Shown here: piece after piece, positions 34,532 through 43,916 of the stretch
How positions within the stretch are numbered: position 1 is the first letter of the stretch
How the letters are laid out: each line of letters starts with the position of its first letter
Assembly: GCA_044070495.1 (NCBI GenBank)
Contig: JBIPSI010000003.1
Span: forward strand, 96,001-160,000
Origin: Spirulina sp.
GTDB lineage: Bacteria; Cyanobacteriota; Cyanobacteriia; Phormidesmidales; Phormidesmidaceae
DNA: 64,000 bases
Reading direction: 5' to 3'
The notes under the pieces: model-generated
What the model saw: the letters and a program-made list of their open reading frames with translations, nothing else
Database searches by the model: none
Told to the model about the DNA's origin: nothing
Position numbers and translations under genes: made by a program

Positions 34532-36113
34532 GCTGTTAACCCTACTGGAGCAAACAGCGGGGCTGCGACTTTTTATCAAAAACACCGAGGGCCAAATTCT
34601 GTGGGCCAATACAGGCGCGGTCAGCGACCTAGATGACGGAAGCCATATCCATGGCCCAGCTAGCCTCGACAGTGCGCTGGCATCGGACATCGATCAGCGG
34701 GGGGATGAGTTAGCCCTTCAGCGTGGACACAGCCAGGGGATTGAACCGTTGGGTGATCGCTTTATCCAAATCTGGAAGACCCGGATCGAGCGAGAGGGAC
34801 AAACCTATATTTTGGGTGGCTACCTCGACTGCACCGAGCGGGTGCTGAGTGAAGAGCGAGAGCTACGCCGCCTGGAGTACGAAGCCACCCACGACAGTCT
34901 CACCGGGCTGTTGAACCGAGGCTCCTTTTACATGCTCCTAGAGTCGGCCTGCCAACAACGTCGTCCAAAGCTGGCGCTGCTCTATCTCGACCTGAATGGT
35001 TTTAAGCGAATCAACGATATCCAGGGCCACCTAGAGGGAGATCGGCTCCTGCGGGTCGTCGCGAACCACCTTACGGCCTCCGTTCGGAGCGGGGATGCCG
35101 TGGCTCGTATGGGCGGTGACGAATTTACCGTGCTGCTACCGGGAGCCTCATCGGTTGAAGCCATGGTTGTCGCGGATCGCATTAGTAAACTCATGCCGAA
35201 GGACGGTCTCACCACGGCGATGGGAATTGCGGCATGGGAGAAGGGCGATACCCCAGACGCCATTGTGGGGCGAGCTGACGAGCTAATGTTCCTCGCCAAG
35301 CGCGATGGGGTACCGTGCCGCACCTCAAGCACTTGTACAACATCCATTGACTTAGTACAGGCACTCGACCAAGCGCTGGAACAGGGTGAGATCGTTCCCT
35401 ACTTCCAGCCGATTGCGGCCAGCCGAAATCGCCGAATCATTGGCTATGAATTGCTAGCCCGCTGGGTGCGTCCTGGGGGGCAGGTGGTGTCCCCCGCTGA
35501 GTTTATGCCGATCCTGGCGGAGGCCCGCTGGATGTCGCGACTAGACTGGTTGATGTTGCGGGCCGGAATGAGGGCGCTGGAGCACTTTTCCGACCAGTGG
35601 CTCTCGATCAACATCTCTGAAGAAACGCTGTTCGATGCCGAGTTCAGTAATCGGCTGGCCAGGGAGCTAGAGTCCCACTTTGCCTCCACAGAATTTCTGC
35701 GCCTGGAAATCTCCGAGTCCATCGCAATTAGCGTGCAGCCCCTGCTCGAAGGGAGAGATGCGATTACTCAACTCAAAAACCTGGCCAGTGCCGATGTAGA
35801 CATTGGCCTCCTGGTGGATGATTATGGCAGCGCCTACGCTCACCTCCTGGCTATTATGCGCCTCTGTGAGGAAGTTCCCAACGTGCGGGCCATCAAGCTG
35901 GTGGGTGATCTGGTGCGAAACATTGACAACACCCCCGCCAAAATCACGATCTGCCGAAACGCGATTGAACTGGCCCACGGCCTGGGCCTGGAAACCATCG
36001 CCGAGGGCGTTGAGACAGAGGCGGAGCTAATGACCTTACGAGGGCTACACTGCGATTCCGTACAGGGATACTACTTGGGTGTCCCTCTCGCCATGGATGA
36101 ATACCTGCCCTGA
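34524..36113 (+). CDS. PAS-like/GGDEF/EAL c-di-GMP enzyme
   Basis: HDSLTGLLNR, DLNGFKRIND, RSGD I-site, GGDEF; YFQPI, ELLAR, SINIS, LEISE, DDYGSAY, AEGVET, QGY. Alternative start 34491. Confidence 0.93.
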   Translation: MAELLTLLEQTAGLRLFIKNTEGQILWANTGAVSDLDDGSHIHGPASLDSALASDIDQRGDELALQRGHSQGIEPLGDRFIQIWKTRIEREGQTYILGGYLDCTERVLSEERELRRLEYEATHDSLTGLLNRGSFYMLLESACQQRRPKLALLYLDLNGFKRINDIQGHLEGDRLLRVVANHLTASVRSGDAVARMGGDEFTVLLPGASSVEAMVVADRISKLMPKDGLTTAMGIAAWEKGDTPDAIVGRADELMFLAKRDGVPCRTSSTCTTSIDLVQALDQALEQGEIVPYFQPIAASRNRRIIGYELLARWVRPGGQVVSPAEFMPILAEARWMSRLDWLMLRAGMRALEHFSDQWLSINISEETLFDAEFSNRLARELESHFASTEFLRLEISESIAISVQPLLEGRDAITQLKNLASADVDIGLLVDDYGSAYAHLLAIMRLCEEVPNVRAIKLVGDLVRNIDNTPAKITICRNAIELAHGLGLETIAEGVETEAELMTLRGLHCDSVQGYYLGVPLAMDEYLP

Positions 36114-36133
36114 CGACTTTTTCTGCGTATTCA

Positions 36134-36155
36134 TTTTGGGGGCAATTTGGGGAAC
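36134..36155. repeat. Tandem 11-bp imperfect repeats, putative integrase arm-type sites
   Basis: TTTTGGGGGCA / ATTTGGGGAAC about 55 bp inside the tRNA fragment. Confidence 0.4.
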
Positions 36156-36209
36156 GATTCACACCAAGATCGCCAAAATCCTTTTATATCAATACTCTTA
36201 GTCAAGAAG

Positions 36210-36259
36210 GCAGCCGCCTTCTAAGCGGTCGGTCGCTGGTTCGATCCCAGCATGGCCCG
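36210..36259 (+). other. attR: 3' fragment of tRNA-Arg(TCT)
   Basis: GCAGCCGCCTTCTAAGCGGTCGGTCGCTGGTTCGATCCCAGCATGGCCCG: anticodon arm (TCT), T arm GCTGG-TTCGATC-CCAGC and 3' acceptor strand; 5' acceptor strand and D arm absent. Confidence 0.88.
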
Positions 36260-36310
36260 TTACCAGCGTAACCCTTACGCAGAGACACTTTTAACTTAGA
36301 TCCCTGCTTT

Positions 36311-36345
36311 CAGATCCCCGGTTTCTCGCAGAAACCGGGGATCTG
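36311..36345. repeat. 16-bp perfect inverted repeat (REP-like / terminator)
   Basis: CAGATCCCCGGTTTCT-CGC-AGAAACCGGGGATCTG between the tRNA fragment and the convergent mpg stop. Confidence 0.8.
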
Positions 36346-36358
36346 GCCGTGGACAAGC

Positions 36359-37000
36359 TCACCCAGAACCAGCGCGTTTAGACACGGCGGCGGAGTCCTC
36401 GACGTACCAGCGCCAGGGTAATTCCGTGCCCTGGGTGAGGCCGATGCGGGTGGTTTGGATGCGGTTGTCGGAAGGGGCGACTCTCTGCCGCCATTGGGGA
36501 GTGGGCGGGGCCAGCCATAGGCCGCTGTCGGGAATCAAGGGCTGCTCGGTGAGGCGACGGTCGATCTCTAAAAGCTGGCAGGTTTTGCCGGGGCCAGCCC
36601 CCCAGCGGGTGGGTGTTTCCTGGCGCTTGCCGGGACGCTTTTCTTGACGTTCCTGGACTAGCCAGGGGGGAACGGTCTCCAGTTCTACCGCTCGAATCAG
36701 TACCGCACTGGGGATACGGTCTTGGTCGGTGACCACGTTAAAGCAGTGGTAGATGCCGTAGATTAGGTACACATAGCTGTAGCCCGCGGGGCCGAACATC
36801 ACCCGATTGCGTGGGGTTTCGCGACGGTAGGCATGGCAAGCCGGGTCGCCCTCCGTGTAGGCCTCGGTTTCCACAATCACCGCCTCTAGGTGGCGGCCAT
36901 CGGGCCACCGCCGCACCAGCCGACAGCCCAACAAATCCGGGGCCACCTCCAACGCTGGCCGACTCAGCCAATCGGGAGCAATCACCCCATCGCCCTGCAT
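36359..37000 (-). CDS. mpg: DNA-3-methyladenine glycosylase (MPG/AAG family)
   Basis: IVETEAY, DPACHAY, MFGPAG.SYVYLIYG.YHCFNVV, AVLIRA, GPGK, TRIGL, PWRW. Confidence 0.93.
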   Translation of the reverse strand: MQGDGVIAPDWLSRPALEVAPDLLGCRLVRRWPDGRHLEAVIVETEAYTEGDPACHAYRRETPRNRVMFGPAGYSYVYLIYGIYHCFNVVTDQDRIPSAVLIRAVELETVPPWLVQERQEKRPGKRQETPTRWGAGPGKTCQLLEIDRRLTEQPLIPDSGLWLAPPTPQWRQRVAPSDNRIQTTRIGLTQGTELPWRWYVEDSAAVSKRAGSG

Positions 37001-37008
37001 CGTGGTGC

Positions 37009-39081
37009 CTAGCCCTGGAACCATTCGTCCTGGGCTTCTTCCTTGGTGTTGGTGCGGCGGTCGGGGGTTTGCCGATCAAAGGTCATGTGGATGGAACGGT
37101 TTTGTTCGCCATCAGCCGCCACAGCCATGATCGGGTAGTCGATGGTGCCGTCTGGGAAGCTAGTGTGGAATCGGAAGGTGCCCTCAGGACTCAACTGAAT
37201 AGGCTGTCCGGCGATGGTGACGGTGGCGTCGGGTTCGGTAGCTCCGTAGACGATCAGCTCGGCATCGGCCACCAGCCAGAATTTGCGGGGCCGGGCCGGG
37301 GGCATGGAGGCCGAGAAACCCACCCCAGACATGGTGAGGCCCGAAATGCCGGACATCGTCAGGCCAGAGACAGTCATGCCTGACATCCCAACGCCCGACA
37401 TCCCCACCCCAGACATCGTCACGCCCATGCCGACCCCAGACATCATGCCCATCCCAGACATCGTGGGCACCGCGCCCCCTGGCCCCGGCATTCCCTGCAA
37501 TAGCCCCGCCCCGGAGGCTCCCCAGGCGTAGGAACTCTCGGCGGCTTGGTAGGGAGCCATCGATCCGGCCACATGCGGTATCGAACCTGGCACCTGCTGA
37601 ATCGATCCGGCCACATGGGACACAGAACCCGGTACGTGGGGCACTGATCCAGGGACGTGCTGCATGGATCCATAGAGGGAGCCATCGACACGATCCGCTT
37701 CTCCGGCCTGGGAAATGGCGTACATTTGCTCGTGCAGGCTACGGGATTTTTGGTTGGGATCCACCAAGGTCATCAGGGTTTTGCCCCGCAGGTCTGCCTC
37801 CCAGGTCACCGTTTTGAAGTGGTCTTCGCTCCAGTCGGAGGGGTAGATGGGGGGAATGCGGATAGTGTTGGATCGGGCCAGCAGCAGCCAGCGGCCATCC
37901 CCTGTGAGATAGCCAATTTCGGCCTGGTAATCGCGGTCGCTGACGGGAATTTGCAGGTACCAATCCCGCGCTAGTTCGTCACAGTCGCACTGCTGCATTC
38001 CGTGGGGAGCTTGGTAGGTGCGATCAATATCGGTAACATCGTAGAGTCGCAGGGCCAGCCGCTCGCCCCCCTGGCGACGCAGGTCTTCCTTGTGGGTGTG
38101 GGGGATATCCCAATAGACGTAGGCCCACTGGGGATCACGGGGCATCAGCACCATACGGCTCTCGCCATAGCCATCGGGCAAGGGTGGCAGGCCATCGTCA
38201 ATGCTGGAGAGGTCGATATCGCCATCGGTGGGTTGGCCCACCACATCAAATTTTCTGGCCTCAATGTCGGTCTGATCTTCGGTGCTAGCCATCGCTGCCG
38301 CTGCTCCTGCGGCCAATCCCACCATCCCCGTCGCCATCGCCATTACCGGAACGGCACTGGGCTGAGGAATGGGGGGCTCTTCTAGGGCTGTCGGTGGCTC
38401 AGGGGTTTCAATGGCAGGTGGGACTTCCTCGACCACAACAGGTTCCTGTATTTCAGAAACCACGGGTTCAGGAATATCAGTCGCACCAGGTTCAGGAATC
38501 TCAGAAATCACAGGTTCAGGAATATCCGAGACCACGGACTCAGCCACCGCAGGGGCCGAATCCAGCCAGGGATCGGTTTCTAACGGTGAGGCGGAGATAG
38601 ATTCTGCGGCTACCGGCGGCGGCGTTACCGCTGAAGGCTCGGTGACTACGGGGTTTGGGGTGGCATTTGCCAGCGAGGAAGGGGATGCGGTTTGGGGTGC
38701 CTCAGGGGCGGGCGCGGGGGGAGCCGCCGCTAATTCCTCTGGAGCCGAAACCTCTGATGCCGTAGATGATGCCGTGGATCCTCGGCGGCTAGCGGCCCAG
38801 CCCAGGGCACCTACCCCAGCGGCAATGGGCAACAGCCACCACCAGGCAAATCCGCCACCTTGGGCGGCAGGCGGGGCGGTGGGGGGAGTCGTCTGCTGCG
38901 CTAGGAGGACTTCCTCGGCAGGCTGGGAAGCAGGAGCCGCTGGCACGTCGTCGGGCACCGGAAACGTCGTTGATGTTTGGGCCACTGGGGCAGACAACGG
39001 CAAGGCTAGAGCCTTCAAGCCAGTTTGCGCCGTACCGAGGAGCAACAGCGCAGCAACGAGGGTTCTGGAGAAATACGGCAT
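37009..39081 (-). CDS. DUF4912 domain protein with signal peptide and TM
   Basis: LPDGYGESRMVLMPRDPQWAYVYWD, LRLYDVTD, FWLVADAELIVYGATEPDATV. Confidence 0.88.
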   Translation of the reverse strand: MPYFSRTLVAALLLLGTAQTGLKALALPLSAPVAQTSTTFPVPDDVPAAPASQPAEEVLLAQQTTPPTAPPAAQGGGFAWWWLLPIAAGVGALGWAASRRGSTASSTASEVSAPEELAAAPPAPAPEAPQTASPSSLANATPNPVVTEPSAVTPPPVAAESISASPLETDPWLDSAPAVAESVVSDIPEPVISEIPEPGATDIPEPVVSEIQEPVVVEEVPPAIETPEPPTALEEPPIPQPSAVPVMAMATGMVGLAAGAAAAMASTEDQTDIEARKFDVVGQPTDGDIDLSSIDDGLPPLPDGYGESRMVLMPRDPQWAYVYWDIPHTHKEDLRRQGGERLALRLYDVTDIDRTYQAPHGMQQCDCDELARDWYLQIPVSDRDYQAEIGYLTGDGRWLLLARSNTIRIPPIYPSDWSEDHFKTVTWEADLRGKTLMTLVDPNQKSRSLHEQMYAISQAGEADRVDGSLYGSMQHVPGSVPHVPGSVSHVAGSIQQVPGSIPHVAGSMAPYQAAESSYAWGASGAGLLQGMPGPGGAVPTMSGMGMMSGVGMGVTMSGVGMSGVGMSGMTVSGLTMSGISGLTMSGVGFSASMPPARPRKFWLVADAELIVYGATEPDATVTIAGQPIQLSPEGTFRFHTSFPDGTIDYPIMAVAADGEQNRSIHMTFDRQTPDRRTNTKEEAQDEWFQG

Positions 39082-39371
39082 CGTGACGAGGGAATCAAAG
39101 GGACTCTAACGGCGGCAGTCGTCGTGTCAGGGTAAGCCCAGCCCAGGCAACGGATCCAGAGACACCGATCCAGGGCCAGCATCTAGGGTTCCATCGGGCT
39201 ATGCGGCCCCTAACTCGAGCGTAATTCTAGGCTCAGACCCAAGAATTACGCTCAACTATCGCAGTATTCGTCAGGGGAGTCAATGGGATCTCCTCTCAGG
39301 CGAACCTAGGGCGAAAAACTGGCTAAAAACCCGTTATTCTATGGGTTCTGCCCGCCTAAGGAAATCGAGTG

Positions 39372-39656
39372 CTAGCCCCGGAACCCCCCGGTAAATTCCG
39401 TGTCGAGGTAAATCTCAGCCCGCCATACCCGTTCTTGCAGTTGCCGAAACAGCGCACACTTGGCCGCACTGTAGGCTTGGCCCTTGACCATGGCCGCCAG
39501 AATGGCCTCCGCATCCCAACGGGCCAGATAGCCATCGGCGGTTGCCTGGTCAATCAAGCGCTGGAAGGCCCATAGGTCGCCATAGTCGCTGCCATGGCTA
39601 GCTTCGGTGTTAGGGGGTAGGTTTCCGGGCGGTGCGTTGGTCATCCTCGTCACCAT
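39372..39656 (-). CDS. Hypothetical protein (94 aa)
   Basis: LIDQATADGYLARW...CALFRQLQERVWRAEI resembles small conserved cyanobacterial proteins. Confidence 0.6.
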   Translation of the reverse strand: MVTRMTNAPPGNLPPNTEASHGSDYGDLWAFQRLIDQATADGYLARWDAEAILAAMVKGQAYSAAKCALFRQLQERVWRAEIYLDTEFTGGFRG

Positions 39657-40012
39657 AGGACGTTTTCTCTAGGGTTCAGGGCCATTAATCGGGAATGGCT
39701 ATTTAATTAAACGTCACGTCCACCGTCGCGGTTGTTTAATGGGCTACCCACCGTCGCCGCCCCACGCCAAAAGCCTCTCTACGCCTAGGTATACCTCGAA
39801 TTCTAAAGGGGGGAGGTTTTAGCCCAGGGCGATAATCCCAATCGGATGGCGGGGAACCCTGGCCTGGGGATGAGTGATTAGGGCCTAGGGGGGGCATACT
39901 CAATAGTAAGCAGTTCTTCCCAGAGGGCTGCGCCCATCCAGACCTCCTCCAATCGTCGAGAGGATCTGTGATTTCCCTTGCTTCGTCCCGTTTGATGGGG
40001 GTTCCTTACGCC

Positions 40013-41422
40013 ATGGCTGCATCCGCAATTCGTCCGGCCCGCATTTCCCGCGTATTGCCCGGCTCCATTGCCGAGGAGGTGGGGTTTGAACCCGGTGATG
40101 CCCTCGTTTCCATTAACGATCAGTGCCCCAGGGACTTGATCGATTACCAGTTCCTCTGCGCCGAGGAGGAACTGACCCTAGAGGTGCTAGATCGCGAGGG
40201 CAAAACCCATCGGGTGGAACTGGAAAAAGACATTGATGCCGACCTAGGGCTGGAGTTTGAAACCGCCCTGTTCGACGGGCTAATCCAGTGCAACAATGCC
40301 TGTCCCTTCTGCTTTATCGATCAACAGCCCCCCGGCAAGCGCGACACCCTCTATCTAAAAGACGACGACTACCGCCTCAGCTTCCTCTACGGCAGCTACC
40401 TCACCCTCACCAACCTGCTGCCCCAGGAATGGGAACGCATCGCCCAACTGCGTCTGTCGCCCCTGTATGTGTCGGTTCATGCCACCGAGCCGGAGGTGCG
40501 ATCCCGCCTGCTGAAGAACCCTAGGGCAGGGCAAATCCTAGAGCAACTGGCCTGGTTCCAAGCCCAGCGGCTGCAAATCCATGCCCAGGTGGTGGTCTGC
40601 CCCGGCATCAACGATGGCGCACACCTAGAAACCACCCTGCGGGATCTGGCTCGTTTCCACCAGGGCGAAGTGCCCGCCGTGACCTCCGTGGCGGTGGTGC
40701 CCGTGGGGCTAACCCGGTTCCGCCCCGCCGAAGATGAACTCACCCCGGTAACCGCCGACCAAGCGGCCACGGTGATCGCCCAGGTGGAGGCGCTTCAGGT
40801 GGAGTTTCAGCCCCAGTTTGGCACCCGCTTTGCTTGGCTGGCCGATGAATGGTACCTGCTGGCCAACCGGGAGGTGCCCAGCTCCGACGACTACGAAGAC
40901 TATCCCCAACTCGGCAACGGCGTAGGGTCGATTCGCCAATTCCTCGACCAGTTTGCCCAGTCGGCCAGCGACTATTTACCCGATGCCGTCCACCCACCGC
41001 GCACCCTCACCTGGGTGGTGGGCAATGCCGTAGAACATGCCTTCCAGCCCATTGTGGATCGGCTCAATCAGGTGGAAGACCTCACCGTGCAACTGGCGGC
41101 CCTCGCCAGCGACTATTGGGGCCGAGACTTAACCGTAACGGGCCTGCTCACCGGACAAGACCTGCTCAGCGGGCTGGAGGGCAAACCCCTGGGGGATGCG
41201 GTGCTGCTGCCCACGGTGATGCTCAAACCCAGCGACAGTGGCCAACCCGAAGACACCCTCTTCCTCGATGACATGAGCGTGGCAGAGGTGAGCCAGCGCC
41301 TCAATGTGCCGATTCTACCCATCGACGATACCGACGCCCTGGTGAAGAGTTGCTGCGGCGTCGTGCCGAAGGCCTCCTACACCGATCTCCAGCCTGCGGT
41401 GGGCTATTGGGCACCGTCTTAG
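40013..41422 (+). CDS. TIGR03279-family PDZ / radical-SAM-like (DUF512) protein
   Basis: PDZ-like start, CNNACPFCFIDQQPPG, KDDDYRLSFLYGSYLTLTN, YPQLGNGVG. Confidence 0.93.
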   Translation: MAASAIRPARISRVLPGSIAEEVGFEPGDALVSINDQCPRDLIDYQFLCAEEELTLEVLDREGKTHRVELEKDIDADLGLEFETALFDGLIQCNNACPFCFIDQQPPGKRDTLYLKDDDYRLSFLYGSYLTLTNLLPQEWERIAQLRLSPLYVSVHATEPEVRSRLLKNPRAGQILEQLAWFQAQRLQIHAQVVVCPGINDGAHLETTLRDLARFHQGEVPAVTSVAVVPVGLTRFRPAEDELTPVTADQAATVIAQVEALQVEFQPQFGTRFAWLADEWYLLANREVPSSDDYEDYPQLGNGVGSIRQFLDQFAQSASDYLPDAVHPPRTLTWVVGNAVEHAFQPIVDRLNQVEDLTVQLAALASDYWGRDLTVTGLLTGQDLLSGLEGKPLGDAVLLPTVMLKPSDSGQPEDTLFLDDMSVAEVSQRLNVPILPIDDTDALVKSCCGVVPKASYTDLQPAVGYWAPS

Positions 41423-41683
41423 CTTGAACTAAACGGTTTAGTTTGGCACAATGACTATACAGGAGAGATCCAACGGCCCGGTACCTTAAGAACCGGCGCT
41501 GACATGGGATTGCTCCCCTGTTTCTCTACCCTAGGGTAGGGAGTTGGCCCATGGCTTTTATGTCCGGCCAGATGCCGATATGCTAAAACACTGGAGGACT
41601 GGGTCAACACTCTGCGGAGTTGCGATTCAGGGGCCGTTAGCGTTTTCCCTTGGCGTTTTCCATTACTGTGACCTGTGGTGTTT

Positions 41684-43438
41684 ATGCGTGACTTGTGCCG
41701 TCGTCGCTTGATTCTGGCTAGCGTGGGGGCAACGGCCCTCTCTTGGCCCATCCTGCCCGTTGCGGCCCAGCCCTGGCCCCAGACCGTCGCCCTTGCGACT
41801 GCATCGGTGCGGTGGCTGGCCCAGGAAAATACCCAATCCCAGGGGGCAGAGGATGCCTCGGAGCCCGTGACCTCCGAGGCCGATCCGTCCGATCCCGCCG
41901 CCAGCCCCGCCGCCCAGGAACCGACCACCCCTGTAGAACCGGGGGGCGACCCCACCCTGCCGCTTCAGCAGAATAGCGCTGACCCAGGAGAGGACGCTAA
42001 TTCAGAAACCGTCCCAGCCTCGGATACCGAAATGTCCGATCCAGAGATAGCTACCCCAGAAACCCCTGATTCAGAGGCCGCATCAGAGGCCAATCCCTCG
42101 GTAACGGCACCTGGCCTCCCCCCAGAGGTTGACCTAGAGTACCTTCAGCCCCACGCCAACCCGCTGCAATTACAAACCCAGCCCGATGAGGTGGAGATTG
42201 TGGGCACCCAGCCCCTTTCCCTCGAAGCCGCCATTGAGCTGGCCTACCGCAACAGCGAAGAACTGCGCATTGCCCAACTGCAACTGGAACGCAGCCACGA
42301 AGGACTCCGGGCCGAACGCGCACTGCTTTACCCCACCGCCGACCTGAGTGCCACCCTGGAGGTTACCGACCAAACCAACTTTGGCCTAGGACTGGGCGAC
42401 ACCGCCACACGGCTGAATAGCGGCATCCGCGCTGAATATGACCTGGGGGTATCGGGGGAGCGATCCGCCCGCATTCAGGCCGCCGAGGAGCAGGTGCGGC
42501 TAGCGGAGTTGGCCATGGAACGCACCCGCGAGGAACTACGGCTCGACACGACCACGGACTACTATGCCGTGCAGGATGCCAGCGAGCAGATTCGGATTAA
42601 CGAAGCCTTTCTCCGGGAAGCGGAGGAAAACTTGAGAATTACGCGGCTGCGGGAAGAGGTGGGCGTGGGCACTCGGTTTGACGTGTTGCGGGCCGAGGTT
42701 CAGGTGGCCAATGCTCGCCAAAACATTACCCAAGCTCGGAGCCAGCGAGACATTGCCCAGCGCCAACTGTCTCGCCGTTTGAATATCCCCCCCTCTATCA
42801 CCGTGACTACCTTGGCGGTTGAGGTGATGGGCCCCTGGCCCCTAAGCCTGGAGGAGAGTATTGTGCTGGCCTACCAAAATCGGGCCGAGCTAGAGCAGTT
42901 CCTCACCGAGCGCGATCTCAACGAAGCCCAGCGGCAGGCTGCCCTGGCCCGAACTCGGCCTAGCGTGGGGCTGTTTGCCCAATACAACTTCCAGGCTCTC
43001 CTGATTACGCCGGAGGGTGTGCCTACCAGTACCAACGATGGGTTCTCGGTGGGTGCCCAGCTAGCCTGGCGGCTTTTCGATGGCGGCGGCACCCAGGCAC
43101 GGGCGGCCCAGAGTGAACTGGATATCCGCATCGATGAATTTGAGTTTGAGAACGCCCGCAACACCATTCGCACCCAGGTGGAGGAGGCCTACTACACCCT
43201 GCAAGCCAACCTCGCCAATATCGATACGGCCACCCTGGCGGTAACCCAGGCCCAGCAAGCGCTAAGGTTGGCAAACCTGCGCTTTGAGGCGGGGGTGGGT
43301 ACCCAAACCGAGGTGCTGAACGCCACCAGCGAACTCACCCAGGCCGAAGGCAACCTGGTGCGGGCCAAGCTAGACTACAACCGCGCCCTAGCCCGCCTAG
43401 AGCGGGCCGTCAGCAACCTCAGCCCCCTGCCCCGCTAA
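41684..43438 (+). CDS. TolC-family outer membrane protein
   Basis: LSLEAAIELAY, GVGTRFDVLRAEVQ, W.LFDGG, LRFEAGVGTQTEV, YNRALARLERAV. Confidence 0.93.
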   Translation: MRDLCRRRLILASVGATALSWPILPVAAQPWPQTVALATASVRWLAQENTQSQGAEDASEPVTSEADPSDPAASPAAQEPTTPVEPGGDPTLPLQQNSADPGEDANSETVPASDTEMSDPEIATPETPDSEAASEANPSVTAPGLPPEVDLEYLQPHANPLQLQTQPDEVEIVGTQPLSLEAAIELAYRNSEELRIAQLQLERSHEGLRAERALLYPTADLSATLEVTDQTNFGLGLGDTATRLNSGIRAEYDLGVSGERSARIQAAEEQVRLAELAMERTREELRLDTTTDYYAVQDASEQIRINEAFLREAEENLRITRLREEVGVGTRFDVLRAEVQVANARQNITQARSQRDIAQRQLSRRLNIPPSITVTTLAVEVMGPWPLSLEESIVLAYQNRAELEQFLTERDLNEAQRQAALARTRPSVGLFAQYNFQALLITPEGVPTSTNDGFSVGAQLAWRLFDGGGTQARAAQSELDIRIDEFEFENARNTIRTQVEEAYYTLQANLANIDTATLAVTQAQQALRLANLRFEAGVGTQTEVLNATSELTQAEGNLVRAKLDYNRALARLERAVSNLSPLPR

Positions 43439-43789
43439 ACCCCCTTCAAGCAGGCCCTCGGTGGGGGGATGGGCCGCATGATCGGCACAGAGGCGCTCGA
43501 TCACCTGTTCAGCGGTCATCAATCGTTTTAGCACCACCTGGTTAAAGGCGGATTCGCTATCCTGCTCAGGCTTCACCTCCACCATCAGTACCGCCTCCTC
43601 CACCTGGTACAGCCAGAGGGTTTCCCCCTGCTCGTGGATGGCCAAAGTGAGGCGACGGAGGTGGGGTTTGCGCTGCCAAGCCAACTCGTTCCACAGACCG
43701 CCAAATTCCCACACGCGGCCCGTTACCCAACCATCGGAAAGAAAAAAGTATTTCACCGTTCGCTCTGTCACACCATAGTTCTCTGGCAT
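43397..43789 (-). CDS. Conserved hypothetical cyanobacterial protein
   Basis: KYFFLSDGW..GRVWEFGGLWNE..W.RKP...MVEVKP...QVVLKRL. Confidence 0.7.
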   Translation of the reverse strand: MPENYGVTERTVKYFFLSDGWVTGRVWEFGGLWNELAWQRKPHLRRLTLAIHEQGETLWLYQVEEAVLMVEVKPEQDSESAFNQVVLKRLMTAEQVIERLCADHAAHPPTEGLLEGGLAGQGAEVADGPL

Positions 43790-43916
43790 TATCCACCGTT
43801 AGCCAGCCCTAACCCAAAGATTTTCCTAGGATGGCGATGCCCCAGGCCAGCCAGGGACGCATCTAAGGTGGGGATGGGTATGATAGGGAAAAATTTTGCG
43901 GCAGTGGGAGGTAGCC

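Larger units (their letters stand above)
1..36259. mobile_element. Integrated element (prophage / phage-plasmid / ICE-like), right-hand part; left end outside the window
   Basis: Defence, phage-tail and plasmid-partition genes end at a tRNA-Arg(TCT) 3' fragment at 36210-36259, beyond which housekeeping genes begin. No integrase in the window. Confidence 0.8.

Noticed and set aside
36185..36262. Intact tRNA-Arg gene
   Set aside because: No 5' acceptor strand or D arm; only the 3' 50 nt are present.
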